Shown: positions 30,716-49,658, numbered from the stretch's first letter. The stretch: DNA of 64,000 nt from an uncultured Gemmatimonadales bacterium (GCA_963850905.1 CAWKMU010000003.1:160001-224000); one strand, 5' to 3'. The notes: generated by a model not told the origin, from the sequence alone. Numbers and translations: made by a program.

Positions 30716-32926
30716 CTAATTCAGATTGATCGTGAGCTGCCTGAGCCGCACCGCCGGCACAGACGAATGCAGGTGACCGGCAACAGTGTCGGCCGCTCCC
30801 GTAGCGTCCGGCGTGAACGAAAAGATCTCCGCGGCAGGGCCTCCCTGAAAATGCAGTGTGTCCGGTTTCGCCCGCGCGCCCACAGTGATGGCACGCGATT
30901 GTCCGTTGAACGAAACGAGGATCGGGACCTGCTGAGTCGTATCCACCGCCGCCGCATCGACGACGAGATTGACCGGCGCCAGAAAGGGACGGCCGTAATA
31001 GATACGAGCGTGGAGATCACTGATCACGCGCCCAGTCCCGCTGTCCGCCCCGAATCCACTCGTCGAATCTACCGCCCCCTGGTTTCCCGTTCGCAGGTCG
31101 ACGTGCAGCGTGATCGGAGGAGGAGTGGGTTCCTGAGCGAGGAGAAGTTGTGTGAGCGGAGCGGCCGCATTGCGTCCGCTGCGCGCGACACACACGTTCG
31201 CCTCCTCAATGGCGCCGCATACCACGCGGCCCCGAGCCCACCACTCGATAGCCTCCCGGTAGAAGGCGGTCGGGATGTACACCGTGCCTTCATCGACCAA
31301 CCCACGCTCGAGACTGTCCAACATAGGGCGGCACAGCGGGGTGAGATCGTCAATCCGCGCGGGGCTTCCGCTGTTGAATTCCATGTGCTCCTGCGCCGCT
31401 ACGACCCCGAACTTGATCTCATAGTCGGAGTATTGGTCGTAATGTCGACAGGCGATGCGGTTCGCGACGATGGGCGGCACGAGACGCAGCGCCCTGAAGG
31501 AGCGGCCGATGTCGTGCCAGGCCGGAGCCTCGAGCTGCGGATAGGGATAGCCGTAGTCTCGCCGCACGAACGCGCGAAGGGGACGGGTATCCTTCACCTG
31601 CAGCGCGAGCGCGCACACCAAAAGCCAAGCAACCGCCGCGGTGGGCCACCGTCTCGCGATCTCGGCGATCGCAAGGGCCATGACGAGATAGTACAGAGGC
31701 CACGCGAACCGCCCTGACCCGCGAAACCAGGCGGTCACCGTGGTCATGTGGGCATAGATGGGAACCGTCACCACCTCGTGCCCCAGCATGCGAACCGGTG
31801 TCGCAAGGGCATATGCGAAGAGCAGGAGAGCCGCGGCCACTCCCGGCCACATCGGAGGCCAGCGGGTTGCTGGCATCCCCGCCGCCGTGCGAGCGCCCGT
31901 GCCCGGCCAGCGGCCTCTGATCGCCAGCACCGCAGCAATGATCACCAGAACGATCATGCCCAGGCCGAGATAGTAATACGACTCGTAGGCACCGAATAAG
32001 TCGTACGAATCCGCCATGTGCGGGATCGGCGGGACAAGCGACGCCGAGCCGGCCGAGTTGAAGAATGAGAACACGTCGGCGTAAAATCGTCCGAAGCCGG
32101 CTTCACCATGATTGTGCAAAACGAAGAACCCGAACAACCAGAACTCTCCGTACAACGTGAGCAGGGCAATGAGTCCGTGGAGAGCGGCGGTCCACCAGGA
32201 GAACAGTTTGTCGATCCACACCGCCCGCACGTACGCCGCCGCCGCGAACGCACCAATCATTGCGGCGATGTACGGATGGGTCGGGACGGCGATCCAGACG
32301 AGCAGGAGCCAGGGAACGAGAAACCGCCAGGACGGCCGCTCGATGGGGCGTCGCAAGTACAACCACCACGCCGCGAGGATCTCCCAGTGCGCACTCAAAC
32401 TGGGATGTTCAAACCGCTGAAGCAGCGTGGGACTGAGGGCGAAGAACACGGAACCAAGCAGGCTGATGGGCGTACCCGCACCCAGGGCCCTCAAGACGAG
32501 GTACCCGAACACCGCCTGGAGCATGTAGAACACGAGCATAAGGAATCCGATGTACTGCCATGGCACATGCACCCATGAGAACAGGAGCTTGGCTGGAACG
32601 CTGAGCAATCCGTCGGACGTGGTCACCAACGGAGCCATCATGGTGTGGAGCATGCCGAACGGGAGCGTCCACCGTTCATTGCGCTCGAAGAGCCATTCCA
32701 GCAGCGAGGCTCCTCGGTCTGCCTTCATCATCCACCGGATGTTCGTCGGCACGACGATGTCTACGGGCAGTTGATAAGCGAAAACCGCTGCGCCGAGCAC
32801 AGCCGCGACGACGACGGATACCCATTCCGGCAGTCGGCGGGGCGCGAGTGGGCCGGCTGGACGATGCGCGGCGGTCGGTGTTGGCGCGGGATGCACCCGC
32901 GCCGCGGTTGGCACAGTGGCGCTCAC
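30716..32926 (-). CDS. Large membrane protein (DUF6311-like, putative GT-C) with periplasmic C-terminal domain (pair C)
   Basis: PTNIRWM..D....W.F....W.LPFG, RFEH.SLSAHW, YLGLG, FRGSGRFAWPLYY; GTG start at 32926; family name from recall, not a search. Confidence 0.72.
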   Translation of the reverse strand: MSATVPTAARVHPAPTPTAAHRPAGPLAPRRLPEWVSVVVAAVLGAAVFAYQLPVDIVVPTNIRWMMKADRGASLLEWLFERNERWTLPFGMLHTMMAPLVTTSDGLLSVPAKLLFSWVHVPWQYIGFLMLVFYMLQAVFGYLVLRALGAGTPISLLGSVFFALSPTLLQRFEHPSLSAHWEILAAWWLYLRRPIERPSWRFLVPWLLLVWIAVPTHPYIAAMIGAFAAAAYVRAVWIDKLFSWWTAALHGLIALLTLYGEFWLFGFFVLHNHGEAGFGRFYADVFSFFNSAGSASLVPPIPHMADSYDLFGAYESYYYLGLGMIVLVIIAAVLAIRGRWPGTGARTAAGMPATRWPPMWPGVAAALLLFAYALATPVRMLGHEVVTVPIYAHMTTVTAWFRGSGRFAWPLYYLVMALAIAEIARRWPTAAVAWLLVCALALQVKDTRPLRAFVRRDYGYPYPQLEAPAWHDIGRSFRALRLVPPIVANRIACRHYDQYSDYEIKFGVVAAQEHMEFNSGSPARIDDLTPLCRPMLDSLERGLVDEGTVYIPTAFYREAIEWWARGRVVCGAIEEANVCVARSGRNAAAPLTQLLLAQEPTPPPITLHVDLRTGNQGAVDSTSGFGADSGTGRVISDLHARIYYGRPFLAPVNLVVDAAAVDTTQQVPILVSFNGQSRAITVGARAKPDTLHFQGGPAAEIFSFTPDATGAADTVAGHLHSSVPAVRLRQLTINLN

Positions 32927-33108
32927 GTGACTAGTCTGTGTCCTCGGGTAGGTCTGGCCGAGGATAACGTAGCCCGGTGGTCCTGGACTCGGTAGCGAGG
33001 ACGTGCGTCGACCTATAATTCTTCCCCAGACTACATGTCCACCTATGCATCTGCGTCGGCTGCAAGTCGTCGAGTGGCGATGCCAGGCGCACCACGCTGC
33101 CGGATCCC

Positions 33109-35431
33109 GTGACTGACCTCGCATCACCGGCGCCACCAGCGCCAACTCTCGGACAACCTTCGCGTCAACATCCCTTGGGCGCGCCCCGATTCACTTCAGG
33201 AGAACGTGGAGCGGTCGTGCTGGCCGCGATCGTTGGCGCAGCGGCGTTCTTCTATCAGGTGCCTGCCAGCATTCTCAATCCTACCAACATCCGCTGGATG
33301 ATGGTCGGTGATCGGGGGGCCTCATTGGCGGGCTGGCTTTTCGAGCGCCAGTCTCCATGGACTCTGCCCTTCGGCATTCTCCACAACGTTATCCCGCCAG
33401 CCGTCACGACGGTCGGCTACTCCGATGCTTTGCCATGGATCGCGGTGCCGGCAAAGCTCGTGTCCGGATGGACGCCGCTCCCATGGCAATACAGCGGCAT
33501 CTTCTTGTTCGCCTGCTACGTGCTGCAAGGCGTTTTCGGCTATCTCGTGCTGCGCCAATTGGGGGTAGGGCGACGGTTGGGCCTTCTCGGCGCCGCCTTT
33601 TTTGCCACGAGCCCAGCGCTGTTGCAACGGTTCGAGCACATCAGTCTGAGCGCACATTGGGAAATCCTCGCCGCATGGTGGTTGTATCTCCGCCCTACAC
33701 CCAGTCGGCCGGGATGGCGATTCGTGGCTCCCTGGCTCCTGTTGCTCGCGGTGACGATTCCGACCTACATCTACCTCGCTCTGATGGTGGCCGTGCTCGC
33801 GTCCGCGGCGTACGTGCGGGCAGTCTGGGTCGATCGATCCCTCTCCTGGCGGACCGCTGGGTTGCACGCGGCAGTAGCCCTAGCCGTCGTGTTCGGAGTC
33901 CTGTGGATCTTCGGCTACTTCGTGGTGCACGCCCGAGGTGACGCCGGATTTGGAAAGTTTTCTACCGATGTACTCGGCTTTTTTGACTCAGCCGGGTGGG
34001 GATGGATCGCCCCACCGCTCGTCGGCGTTCCGCGGGAGCTACGAGAACTATTACTTCCTGGGCCTCGGTGTAGTGGTGCTGCTGCCGATTAGCGTGGGCC
34101 TCGTGCTCGCACGGGGGCCCGCGCCGCAACCGTCCGCGCCGCGCCCGTCAAGACCCGGTGATAACACACACAGACAGTGGCGAAGCAGGTCACGATCCCA
34201 ATTCACGGCGCAGGCTGTGGCCGGGTGTGGCCGCCGCCCTCTTGATGTTTGTGTACGCGTTAGCAACTCCAATCACGTTCGCCGGGCATCCGATCCTCGC
34301 CGTGCCATTGTACAGGCACTTGCACCAATTCACAGCCTGGTTCCGTGGGTCGGGGCGATTTGCGTGGCCGCTGTATTACCTCGTCATGGCGCTTGTCCTG
34401 GCCACAGTGGCCCGACGCGCACGTCCAATTGCGGCGGCTGCGCTACTCCTGGCCGCATTAGGCTTCCAACTCGTCGACCAGCGTCCCCTGCACAGGTGGG
34501 TGAAAATACAATACACCTACCCGTGGCCTCGTCTCGACTCCCCCGGCTGGAAAGATATCGGACGGTCGTTTCGATCGATACGTCTCGCCCCGCCGATTAT
34601 CGCGCACCACATCGCATGTGATTACTACGACCAACACGACGACTATAACGCCAAATTCGCCGTGGTGGCCTCGACTGAAGGCATGACGCTCAACAGCGCC
34701 ACTCTCTCGCGGGTCGATGACATTTCGGCTCTGTGCAGGCCGATGCTCGATAGTCTGACGCGTGGCCTCCTCGATCCGCGCACGGTCTACGTCCCCGCCA
34801 CGAACTACTTCGAGGAGATACGGTGGACGGCTGAGGGCCATGTGATCTGTGGAAAAATCGACGGCGACAACATTTGCATAGCCCGTGACACCGCGACCGC
34901 CGGCACCCCAATGGCGCGACTCCTAGCGGGCCAGTCTTGGCGCGATAGCGCCCAGGTCTTGCACTTGGATCTCAGGTACTCCGACCCGCCGATCGTCGAG
35001 TCCATCCGGGGCTTCACTGCCCCACCCGATAGCGGAGGGCGCGCCCTAGTTGACAGCGCTGCGGAGGTGCGGCTCATCCGGCCGCTTCCAGGGGCCGTCG
35101 ACCTCGTCGTCAGTGCGGCGGCCGCGGGTTTGGTGCAGCCCGTGCGACTGACCATTACACTCGGTCGTCAGTCCCGATCAATGCGTGCTCGGGCCGGGCG
35201 ACACGTCCACCACCTGGCACTTCGATGACAAGAGCGGGCGGATCGATCCAGCGCTGCGCGTGTCCGTCGGCGCGCCGCCGACTGACGCGAGGCCACCTGC
35301 AGCACAGTCAGCTGCCGTGCAGCCAGCTGGCGCTCACCGCTCCCCGCATCTTCTACGTTTCCGCCTCAAACGTCTGATCATTTCACTTCAGGTCAGAAGA
35401 TCAGGTGCCCGAGCACGGATCGCCCCGCTAA
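33109..35431 (+). CDS. Large membrane protein (DUF6311-like, pair C), interrupted by about four +1 frameshifts
   Basis: Pieces in the 33109, 33938, 34158 and 35185 frames together match 30716-32926; shifts near 34020, 34165, 35190 and 35380; end inferred from the duplicated remnant at 37223-37400. Confidence 0.68.
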
Positions 35432-35456
35432 CACCCGGGTTCCCAGTCGGCGGCCG

Positions 35457-37031
35457 TTATGGTCGCTCGTACTCGTACAGCGACGCGATGCGTGTCGCCC
35501 GGTAGAAGGCGGGCCGCAGACCGTAGGCAAACGTCGCTCTCGCGACGAGCTTGCCGTATGGATCCACCTCGTGGATCTCACCGGCGTACCCGAATCCGAC
35601 AAGGGTGTTGCCGTTGGACAACCGCTGCACAGAGCCAAATGCGATCGTGAAAAGACTGGGCTGCGGTCGGTACTCCCAGACCATCGTGGCGACCCTGTGC
35701 GAAACATTGAGGGCGTATTCCACTGCGCGCGACACCGGCGGCTTGTGGCGCAGCCCATTGTCGTAGAGCAGCAGGTGACCGTTCGGCAGCACACGCGCCG
35801 AATGCTGCCCACTGAAGAAGCCAAGTGGGTCGTTGCGAATCGTGAACTGGTTGCGCGCCCCGCCGAGCTGCCACATGATGGCGCCCGAGTGCGCGTTGAT
35901 TTTCGCCACCGCGCCCATGTTGCGGAACGACACGATGTAATTGCTATCGAGGTCGAACGCGAGAGAGTTCGGGTGGTCGAAATCATCGGGTGGTGCCGCG
36001 CCCGTTGGCTCGATCCAGTCCGTGACGCCGTAGTGGCCCCAAGCATCCCACTTGAACTCCACGACGCCCGGCGGAGACTCGCGGATGAGTTGATGTCCGA
36101 CACCAGATCCGTTCGCCGGACCGCCCAATCGGCTGAAATCGAACGGCCGCCGAGTGTACCCGAACAGGTGAAGCACGGGGCTAGAATCGGGACCGGTGAT
36201 CAGCAGTTCGTGCGAACCGGTGAACTCCCCTGGACCCGCGCTATACCGGTGGATGATCTCCCCAGTTGGCAAGAATTCGGCAAAGTCCACCGTCGCGCCA
36301 TCGAATCCGCCAGGCACCGCTTGGCGCTGGGGCACCGCGCGCCCGCTGTCCGTCGTCGCTCGCACCAAGGACCCGCGCCGCGGCCCCCACCCGGACGTCG
36401 GCAGCGCAATCGTAAAGTGTCCATTCGGTTGCTGCTTGATCTCGACCGATCCGACGACCGGAAAGACACGGTACCAGCGGACGCGGCCGAGTGCATCGAA
36501 GGCCACCGCGATCGCGTCGTCCGGTGGGAGCGCGGCGGATCGTGGAGAGGAGTCACGCAGCGGCGACACCAGCGTGTAGCCCCGGCTGAATGTCCCGGTG
36601 GGGACGAGTGATGCGGCCTGCACCCATGGAGGGAGGCCCCCGGTAGCGTAGCCCCAGTTCGCCGACGTCCTGTGGCCTCCACCCCACGCTTGCACTGTGA
36701 TCGCGTATGTATGAAACGGCAACAGGCCGAGGATCGGCACCCGGCCGACTGCGCCAGTCACTCGCACAGACGGTGTGGTCGAAACCGTATCGCCGGACGT
36801 GCTGTAGACGACTCGAGCGGAATCGACGCCCGTAGCCGAAAACGTCACGATGGCCGAAAGGACGTTTAGAGGGTTCGCATCCGCGTGCAAATTCGACACC
36901 TTCACATGGCCGCTGCAACCCAGCAACTGGACAGCCCCGAGCAGTACGACTCCAATATCCGCGCGCCGTCGGTGCAAGCGTATCGGCCAGTCAGCGTGCA
37001 GCATCAGGCGTCGCCGGGGACCGGCATTCAC
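35457..37031 (-). CDS. Arylsulfotransferase (ASST family) lipoprotein, copy 1
   Basis: SHE, DFDHPNS, IVSFRN, FSGQH..., LLYDNG, GSVQRLSNGNTLV; lipobox LLG-C; GTG start with GGAGA RBS. Confidence 0.85.
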   Translation of the reverse strand: MNAGPRRRLMLHADWPIRLHRRRADIGVVLLGAVQLLGCSGHVKVSNLHADANPLNVLSAIVTFSATGVDSARVVYSTSGDTVSTTPSVRVTGAVGRVPILGLLPFHTYAITVQAWGGGHRTSANWGYATGGLPPWVQAASLVPTGTFSRGYTLVSPLRDSSPRSAALPPDDAIAVAFDALGRVRWYRVFPVVGSVEIKQQPNGHFTIALPTSGWGPRRGSLVRATTDSGRAVPQRQAVPGGFDGATVDFAEFLPTGEIIHRYSAGPGEFTGSHELLITGPDSSPVLHLFGYTRRPFDFSRLGGPANGSGVGHQLIRESPPGVVEFKWDAWGHYGVTDWIEPTGAAPPDDFDHPNSLAFDLDSNYIVSFRNMGAVAKINAHSGAIMWQLGGARNQFTIRNDPLGFFSGQHSARVLPNGHLLLYDNGLRHKPPVSRAVEYALNVSHRVATMVWEYRPQPSLFTIAFGSVQRLSNGNTLVGFGYAGEIHEVDPYGKLVARATFAYGLRPAFYRATRIASLYEYERP

Positions 37032-37222
37032 TCTCCACTGCGAGATCCGTTGCTGGCACCGAGTTGGCGATAGAGCAGCCACATGGTCTCCACCCGCTCT
37101 CCCCCCCAACGCCAGGACATTGACACGAGGAACGTAGCGACCGCCGGCGAGATGCGGCAGGAGGCGACTGCGCAGCGTGTCGGACGCACGCCGCAGTGGC
37201 GTGAAACCAGCAGCGACGATTG
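37028..37222 (-). pseudogene. 3' remnant of the pair-A membrane gene (copy of the end of 38994-40529)
   Basis: AIVAAGFTPLRRASDTLRSRLLPHLAGGRYVPRV / MSWRWGGERVETMWLLYRQ vs the intact gene's ...FTPLWRASDTLRGRLLPHLAGGRYVPRVMSWGWGGERVQTMWLLYRR. Confidence 0.82.
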
Positions 37223-37400
37223 CGATGACAAGAGCCGGCAGATCGATCCAACGCTGCGTGTGTCGGTCGGTGCCCCGCCCGCCACCGCTCCCTTGACTGA
37301 CGCTCACTCGCTCCGCGCCTCTTCCCGCTTCCGCCTCAAGCGTCTGACATTCCGCTTCAGGTCAGAAGATGAGGTGCCCGAGCACGGATCGCTCCGCTGA
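37223..37400 (+). pseudogene. 3' remnant of the pair-C (DUF6311-like) gene
   Basis: DDKSRQIDPTLRVSVGAPP...RFRLKRL vs DDKSGRIDPALRVSVGAPP...RFRLKRL at 35224-35380. Confidence 0.82.
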
Positions 37401-37425
37401 CTCCCAGGTTCGCAGTCGGCGGCCG

Positions 37426-38997
37426 TCAAGGCCGTTCATACTCGTATAGAGACGCGATGCGAGTGGCACGGTAGAATGCCGACCGCAGTCCGTACGCGAA
37501 CGTGCCACGCGCGACGGGGTTGCCGCGCGCATCCACTTCGCGGATCTCTCCCGCATAGCCATACCCAATGAGGGTGTTGCCGTTCGACAACCGCTGCGCG
37601 GAGCCGAACGCGACGGTGAACAATCCTGGTTGCGGCCGATATTCCCACACCATCGTCGCGATCCGGTGCGGCACATCGAGCGCATACTCGACGACGCGCG
37701 ATACCGGCGGCTTGTGCCGCAGACCGTTGTCGTACAGCAACAAGTGCCCGTTCGGGAGCACCCGCACGGAATGCTGCCCGCTGAAGAATCCGAGGGGGTC
37801 GTTCCGAATCGTGAACTGGTTCCCCCGCCCCCCGAGCTGCCACATGATGGCACCGGAATGCGCGTTCACTTTCACGATCGCGCCCATGTTGCGGAAGGAG
37901 ATTACGTAGTTGCTATCGAGATCGAACGCCAGGGAGTTCGGATGATCGAAGTCGTCCGGCGGAGCGGCGCCAGTGGGCTCGATCCAGTCGGCGACGCCAT
38001 AATGGTCCCACACGTCCCATTTGAACTCCACGACGCCCGGCGGGGACTCGCGAATGAGTTGATGCCCCACGCCGGAGCCATTCTTCGGACCGCGAACCGC
38101 CGTGAAGTCGAACGGGCGGCGCGTGTAGCCGAAAAGGTGCAGGACCGGGCTGGAGTCTGCGCCGGTCATGAGGAGCTCGTGCGAGCCCGTGTACTCCCCT
38201 GCGCCGGCGGTGTAGGTGTGAATGATCTCGCCGGTCGGAAGAAACTCGGCAAATTCCACCAGCGCATCGTCGAATCCGCCAGGCACGGCCTGCCGCTGCG
38301 GCGCCCGCGCCCCAGTGTCCGTGGACGCGGGGACCCGCGCCCGGCGCGATGACCACCCGGACAACGGCAACCCGATCGTGAAGTGCCCGTTCGGCTGCTG
38401 CTTGATCTCGACCGATCCGTCGGCGGCAAAGAGGCGATACCAACGCAGGCGCCCCTGGGCATCGAAAGCGACTGCCATCGCGCTGTCCGGCGGAATCCTG
38501 GCATACTGCGGAGAGGAGTCCCGTAGCGGCGACACGAGCGTCAGCCCACGGCTGAACGTCCCCACGGTCACGAGCGATGCCGCTTGCACCCGAGCCGGGA
38601 GCCCGCGTGTCGCATAGCCCCACCGCGCACTCGTCGTATGCCCGCTCCCACGCGCTTGCACCGTGATCGCGTACGTGTGCAGCGGCAGCAGGCCAAGGAT
38701 CGCCACGCGCCCGACAGCGCCCGTCACTCGTACATACGGCGTGGCGGAAACCGTGTCGTCGGACGTGCCATAAATGACTCGAGCCGAATCGACACCCGCA
38801 GCCGAAAACGTCACCATGGCGGAGAGCACGTTGAGCGGATTCTCCTCCACGTGCACGTTCGACACGTGCACCTGCCCGCCGCACGCCGCTAGCTGCGCCG
38901 CACCCAGCAGGACCAGACCAATACCCGCACGACGGCCGTGCACGCGCATCTCCCGCTCAGGTGGCCGCACGAGGCATCGCCGCTGACCGACGGTCAT
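37426..38997 (-). CDS. Arylsulfotransferase (ASST family) lipoprotein, copy 2
   Basis: Same motifs as copy 1 (DHPNS, SFRN, GQHS, YDNG); lipobox LAA-C; ATG overlaps the TGA of the upstream gene (ATGA). Confidence 0.85.
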   Translation of the reverse strand: MTVGQRRCLVRPPEREMRVHGRRAGIGLVLLGAAQLAACGGQVHVSNVHVEENPLNVLSAMVTFSAAGVDSARVIYGTSDDTVSATPYVRVTGAVGRVAILGLLPLHTYAITVQARGSGHTTSARWGYATRGLPARVQAASLVTVGTFSRGLTLVSPLRDSSPQYARIPPDSAMAVAFDAQGRLRWYRLFAADGSVEIKQQPNGHFTIGLPLSGWSSRRARVPASTDTGARAPQRQAVPGGFDDALVEFAEFLPTGEIIHTYTAGAGEYTGSHELLMTGADSSPVLHLFGYTRRPFDFTAVRGPKNGSGVGHQLIRESPPGVVEFKWDVWDHYGVADWIEPTGAAPPDDFDHPNSLAFDLDSNYVISFRNMGAIVKVNAHSGAIMWQLGGRGNQFTIRNDPLGFFSGQHSVRVLPNGHLLLYDNGLRHKPPVSRVVEYALDVPHRIATMVWEYRPQPGLFTVAFGSAQRLSNGNTLIGYGYAGEIREVDARGNPVARGTFAYGLRSAFYRATRIASLYEYERP

Positions 38998-40529
38998 TTT
39001 CCGTTCGGTGATCCATTGCTGCTCCCGGGCCGGCGATACAGGAGCCACATGGTCTGCACCCGCTCGCCTCCCCAGCCCCAGGACATGACCCGAGGAACGT
39101 AGCGACCGCCTGCCAGATGCGGCAGGAGCCGGCCGCGCAGCGTATCCGACGCACGCCAGAGCGGTGTGAACCCTGCCGCGACAATGGCATTGCCAGTGAG
39201 CCCATTGTGCCAACTCGGCCCCGTGTCCGCGTCCCAGATGATCAGCGTTTCCGGCGGGAGTGCCCGCACCGCGCTGTCGAGGTGCCCCGCGCCACCGGAG
39301 CGCAGGCCACCGCCCGCTTTCGGGTCGCAACCAAAGCGAATGCACCCGTAGGCCTGACTCGCGATGACACGACTGACCGGTTGTGGATGCGCGTGAAACC
39401 AGGCGGCCGCGGCATCCACCATCCAGGCATCTCGCGAGCTAGGCCACGCGTCGACATAACACAACGCAGCGACCGCCGACATCAGGAGCACGAGCGCCGT
39501 GGCCACCGTCAGAGCAGGACGTGCGAAGCGCCCAGTCACCGTTCGGAACGCGTTCGCGAGTTCGTTCCAGCCGAGCAAGGCGATGAGTGCGATCGCCGGC
39601 GCCACACAGGCGAAATACCGGGGGTATCCGGCGGAACCGAACGCGCCGAGCGCCCACAACGCGGAGTGCAAGACAAAGAGGAGAACGACGTTAGCCAGCT
39701 CGAACCGCAAGCGCCGCCGCACGAGCGACGCCACGACGCCCACCGCGAATGGCACCTGGAGCAGAGGCCCGAATATCTCGGCCCGGCGATAGAAGTAGTC
39801 CAGGACCAGTCCCTTGCCATAAGTCGCGGCGCTTGCCCCCCAATTCGCAGGCCAGTGGCGCACCACCCAGAGCGGGTCCCGCGTCCAGATGGAGGTGATG
39901 AGCCACAACACACTGGGCGCGAGCGCCAGCAGCGCCGCCGCTCCCAGTCGATACCGCCACCCACGGCGCCCGGCGTCGCCACTCAACAACGCGATCGCCC
40001 AGAGTGGCGCGAGCACGAGCCCTTCCGGGCGGGTCAGTGCGGCGCACGAGATCAGACTGGCCGCAGTCGCGAGGTGGCCGGACCGACGCAAGCGGAGAGC
40101 GACGACGAACAGCAGCGCGAAAAGCGGCTCCGTCATCGTGTCGGCCGTCAGCAGGAGATAGGAGGGCTGCAACCAGAGCAGCGCGATGACCAAGGGTGCG
40201 CGTTCGAGGCCTTCGGCCTCGGCCAGCCGCCACGTCTGCCACGCCGTCGCCACACAGATCGCGACGGTCGTGAGCTTGGCCACCCGATACCCCGCGGCAG
40301 CTGGCACCGAATACAACAGGGTGAAGAACGGGCGGCCCCACTCATCGACCAGGTACGGCCGATAGTGCCACGCCCATCGCGCGAAGAGGAAGTGCACGCC
40401 GCCGTCCTGCTGGTACGAATCGGGGTAGAGCCACACCAACGCGATGCCGATCACCGCACACGTCGCGAGGCCGCATGCGGCGGTCCAGGATACGCGGCTG
40501 GAAGCGACAGGGCCGGTCCGGTATGTCAC
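38994..40529 (-). CDS. Polytopic membrane protein, putative GT-C glycosyltransferase (pair A)
   Basis: YQQDG..HF..ARW, WGRPFFT, MTEPLFAL, RPEG, GYPRYF; paralog of 22038-23597. Confidence 0.75.
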   Translation of the reverse strand: MTYRTGPVASSRVSWTAACGLATCAVIGIALVWLYPDSYQQDGGVHFLFARWAWHYRPYLVDEWGRPFFTLLYSVPAAAGYRVAKLTTVAICVATAWQTWRLAEAEGLERAPLVIALLWLQPSYLLLTADTMTEPLFALLFVVALRLRRSGHLATAASLISCAALTRPEGLVLAPLWAIALLSGDAGRRGWRYRLGAAALLALAPSVLWLITSIWTRDPLWVVRHWPANWGASAATYGKGLVLDYFYRRAEIFGPLLQVPFAVGVVASLVRRRLRFELANVVLLFVLHSALWALGAFGSAGYPRYFACVAPAIALIALLGWNELANAFRTVTGRFARPALTVATALVLLMSAVAALCYVDAWPSSRDAWMVDAAAAWFHAHPQPVSRVIASQAYGCIRFGCDPKAGGGLRSGGAGHLDSAVRALPPETLIIWDADTGPSWHNGLTGNAIVAAGFTPLWRASDTLRGRLLPHLAGGRYVPRVMSWGWGGERVQTMWLLYRRPGSSNGSPNGK

Positions 40530-40576
40530 CGGGCCGGCCCTGCCGCATCCATCGTGCGTTGGTTCACGCTGGCGGG

Positions 40577-49496
<8,920 letters not shown>

Positions 49497-49633
49497 AGTC
49501 ACCTAACGGAAATGGGGCGCACCCCGCGCGCGCCCGGACTGCTCATCAATTCGAACGATGCACGGACGCCCGTGCACCCAGTGTGGAGCTGAACGGTGGA
49601 CGACCTGAACTGGTCCCGAGCGGATCGCCACTC

Positions 49634-49658
49634 GTAGGGGCGAGGCCAAGCCTCGCCC
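49634..49658 (+). repeat. GTAG-type REP-like palindrome (variant)
   Basis: GTAG-GGGCGAGGC-caa-GCCTCGCCC. Confidence 0.72.

Larger units (their letters stand above)
35223..39188. repeat. Diverged tandem duplication of a ~2.0 kb unit (35223-37222 and 37223-39188)
   Basis: Both units start CGATGACAAGAGC, contain an ASST gene and end in the 3' part of the pair-A gene (GCGACGATTGC vs GCGACAATGGC). Confidence 0.9.

Noticed and set aside
34160..34175. AC dinucleotide run at a frameshift as a phase-variation switch
   Set aside because: The run is only 4-5 units and the same gene has three other shifts consistent with the regional error pattern
37032..37307. N-terminal extension of the ASST copy 1 ORF as a real fusion domain
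   Set aside because: It is read-through across the duplication junction remnants; the paralog, RBS and lipobox support a start at 37031
17900..40560. Prophage, ICE or IS origin for the island
   Set aside because: No integrase, transposase, phage structural gene, tRNA attachment site or flanking direct repeat was visible
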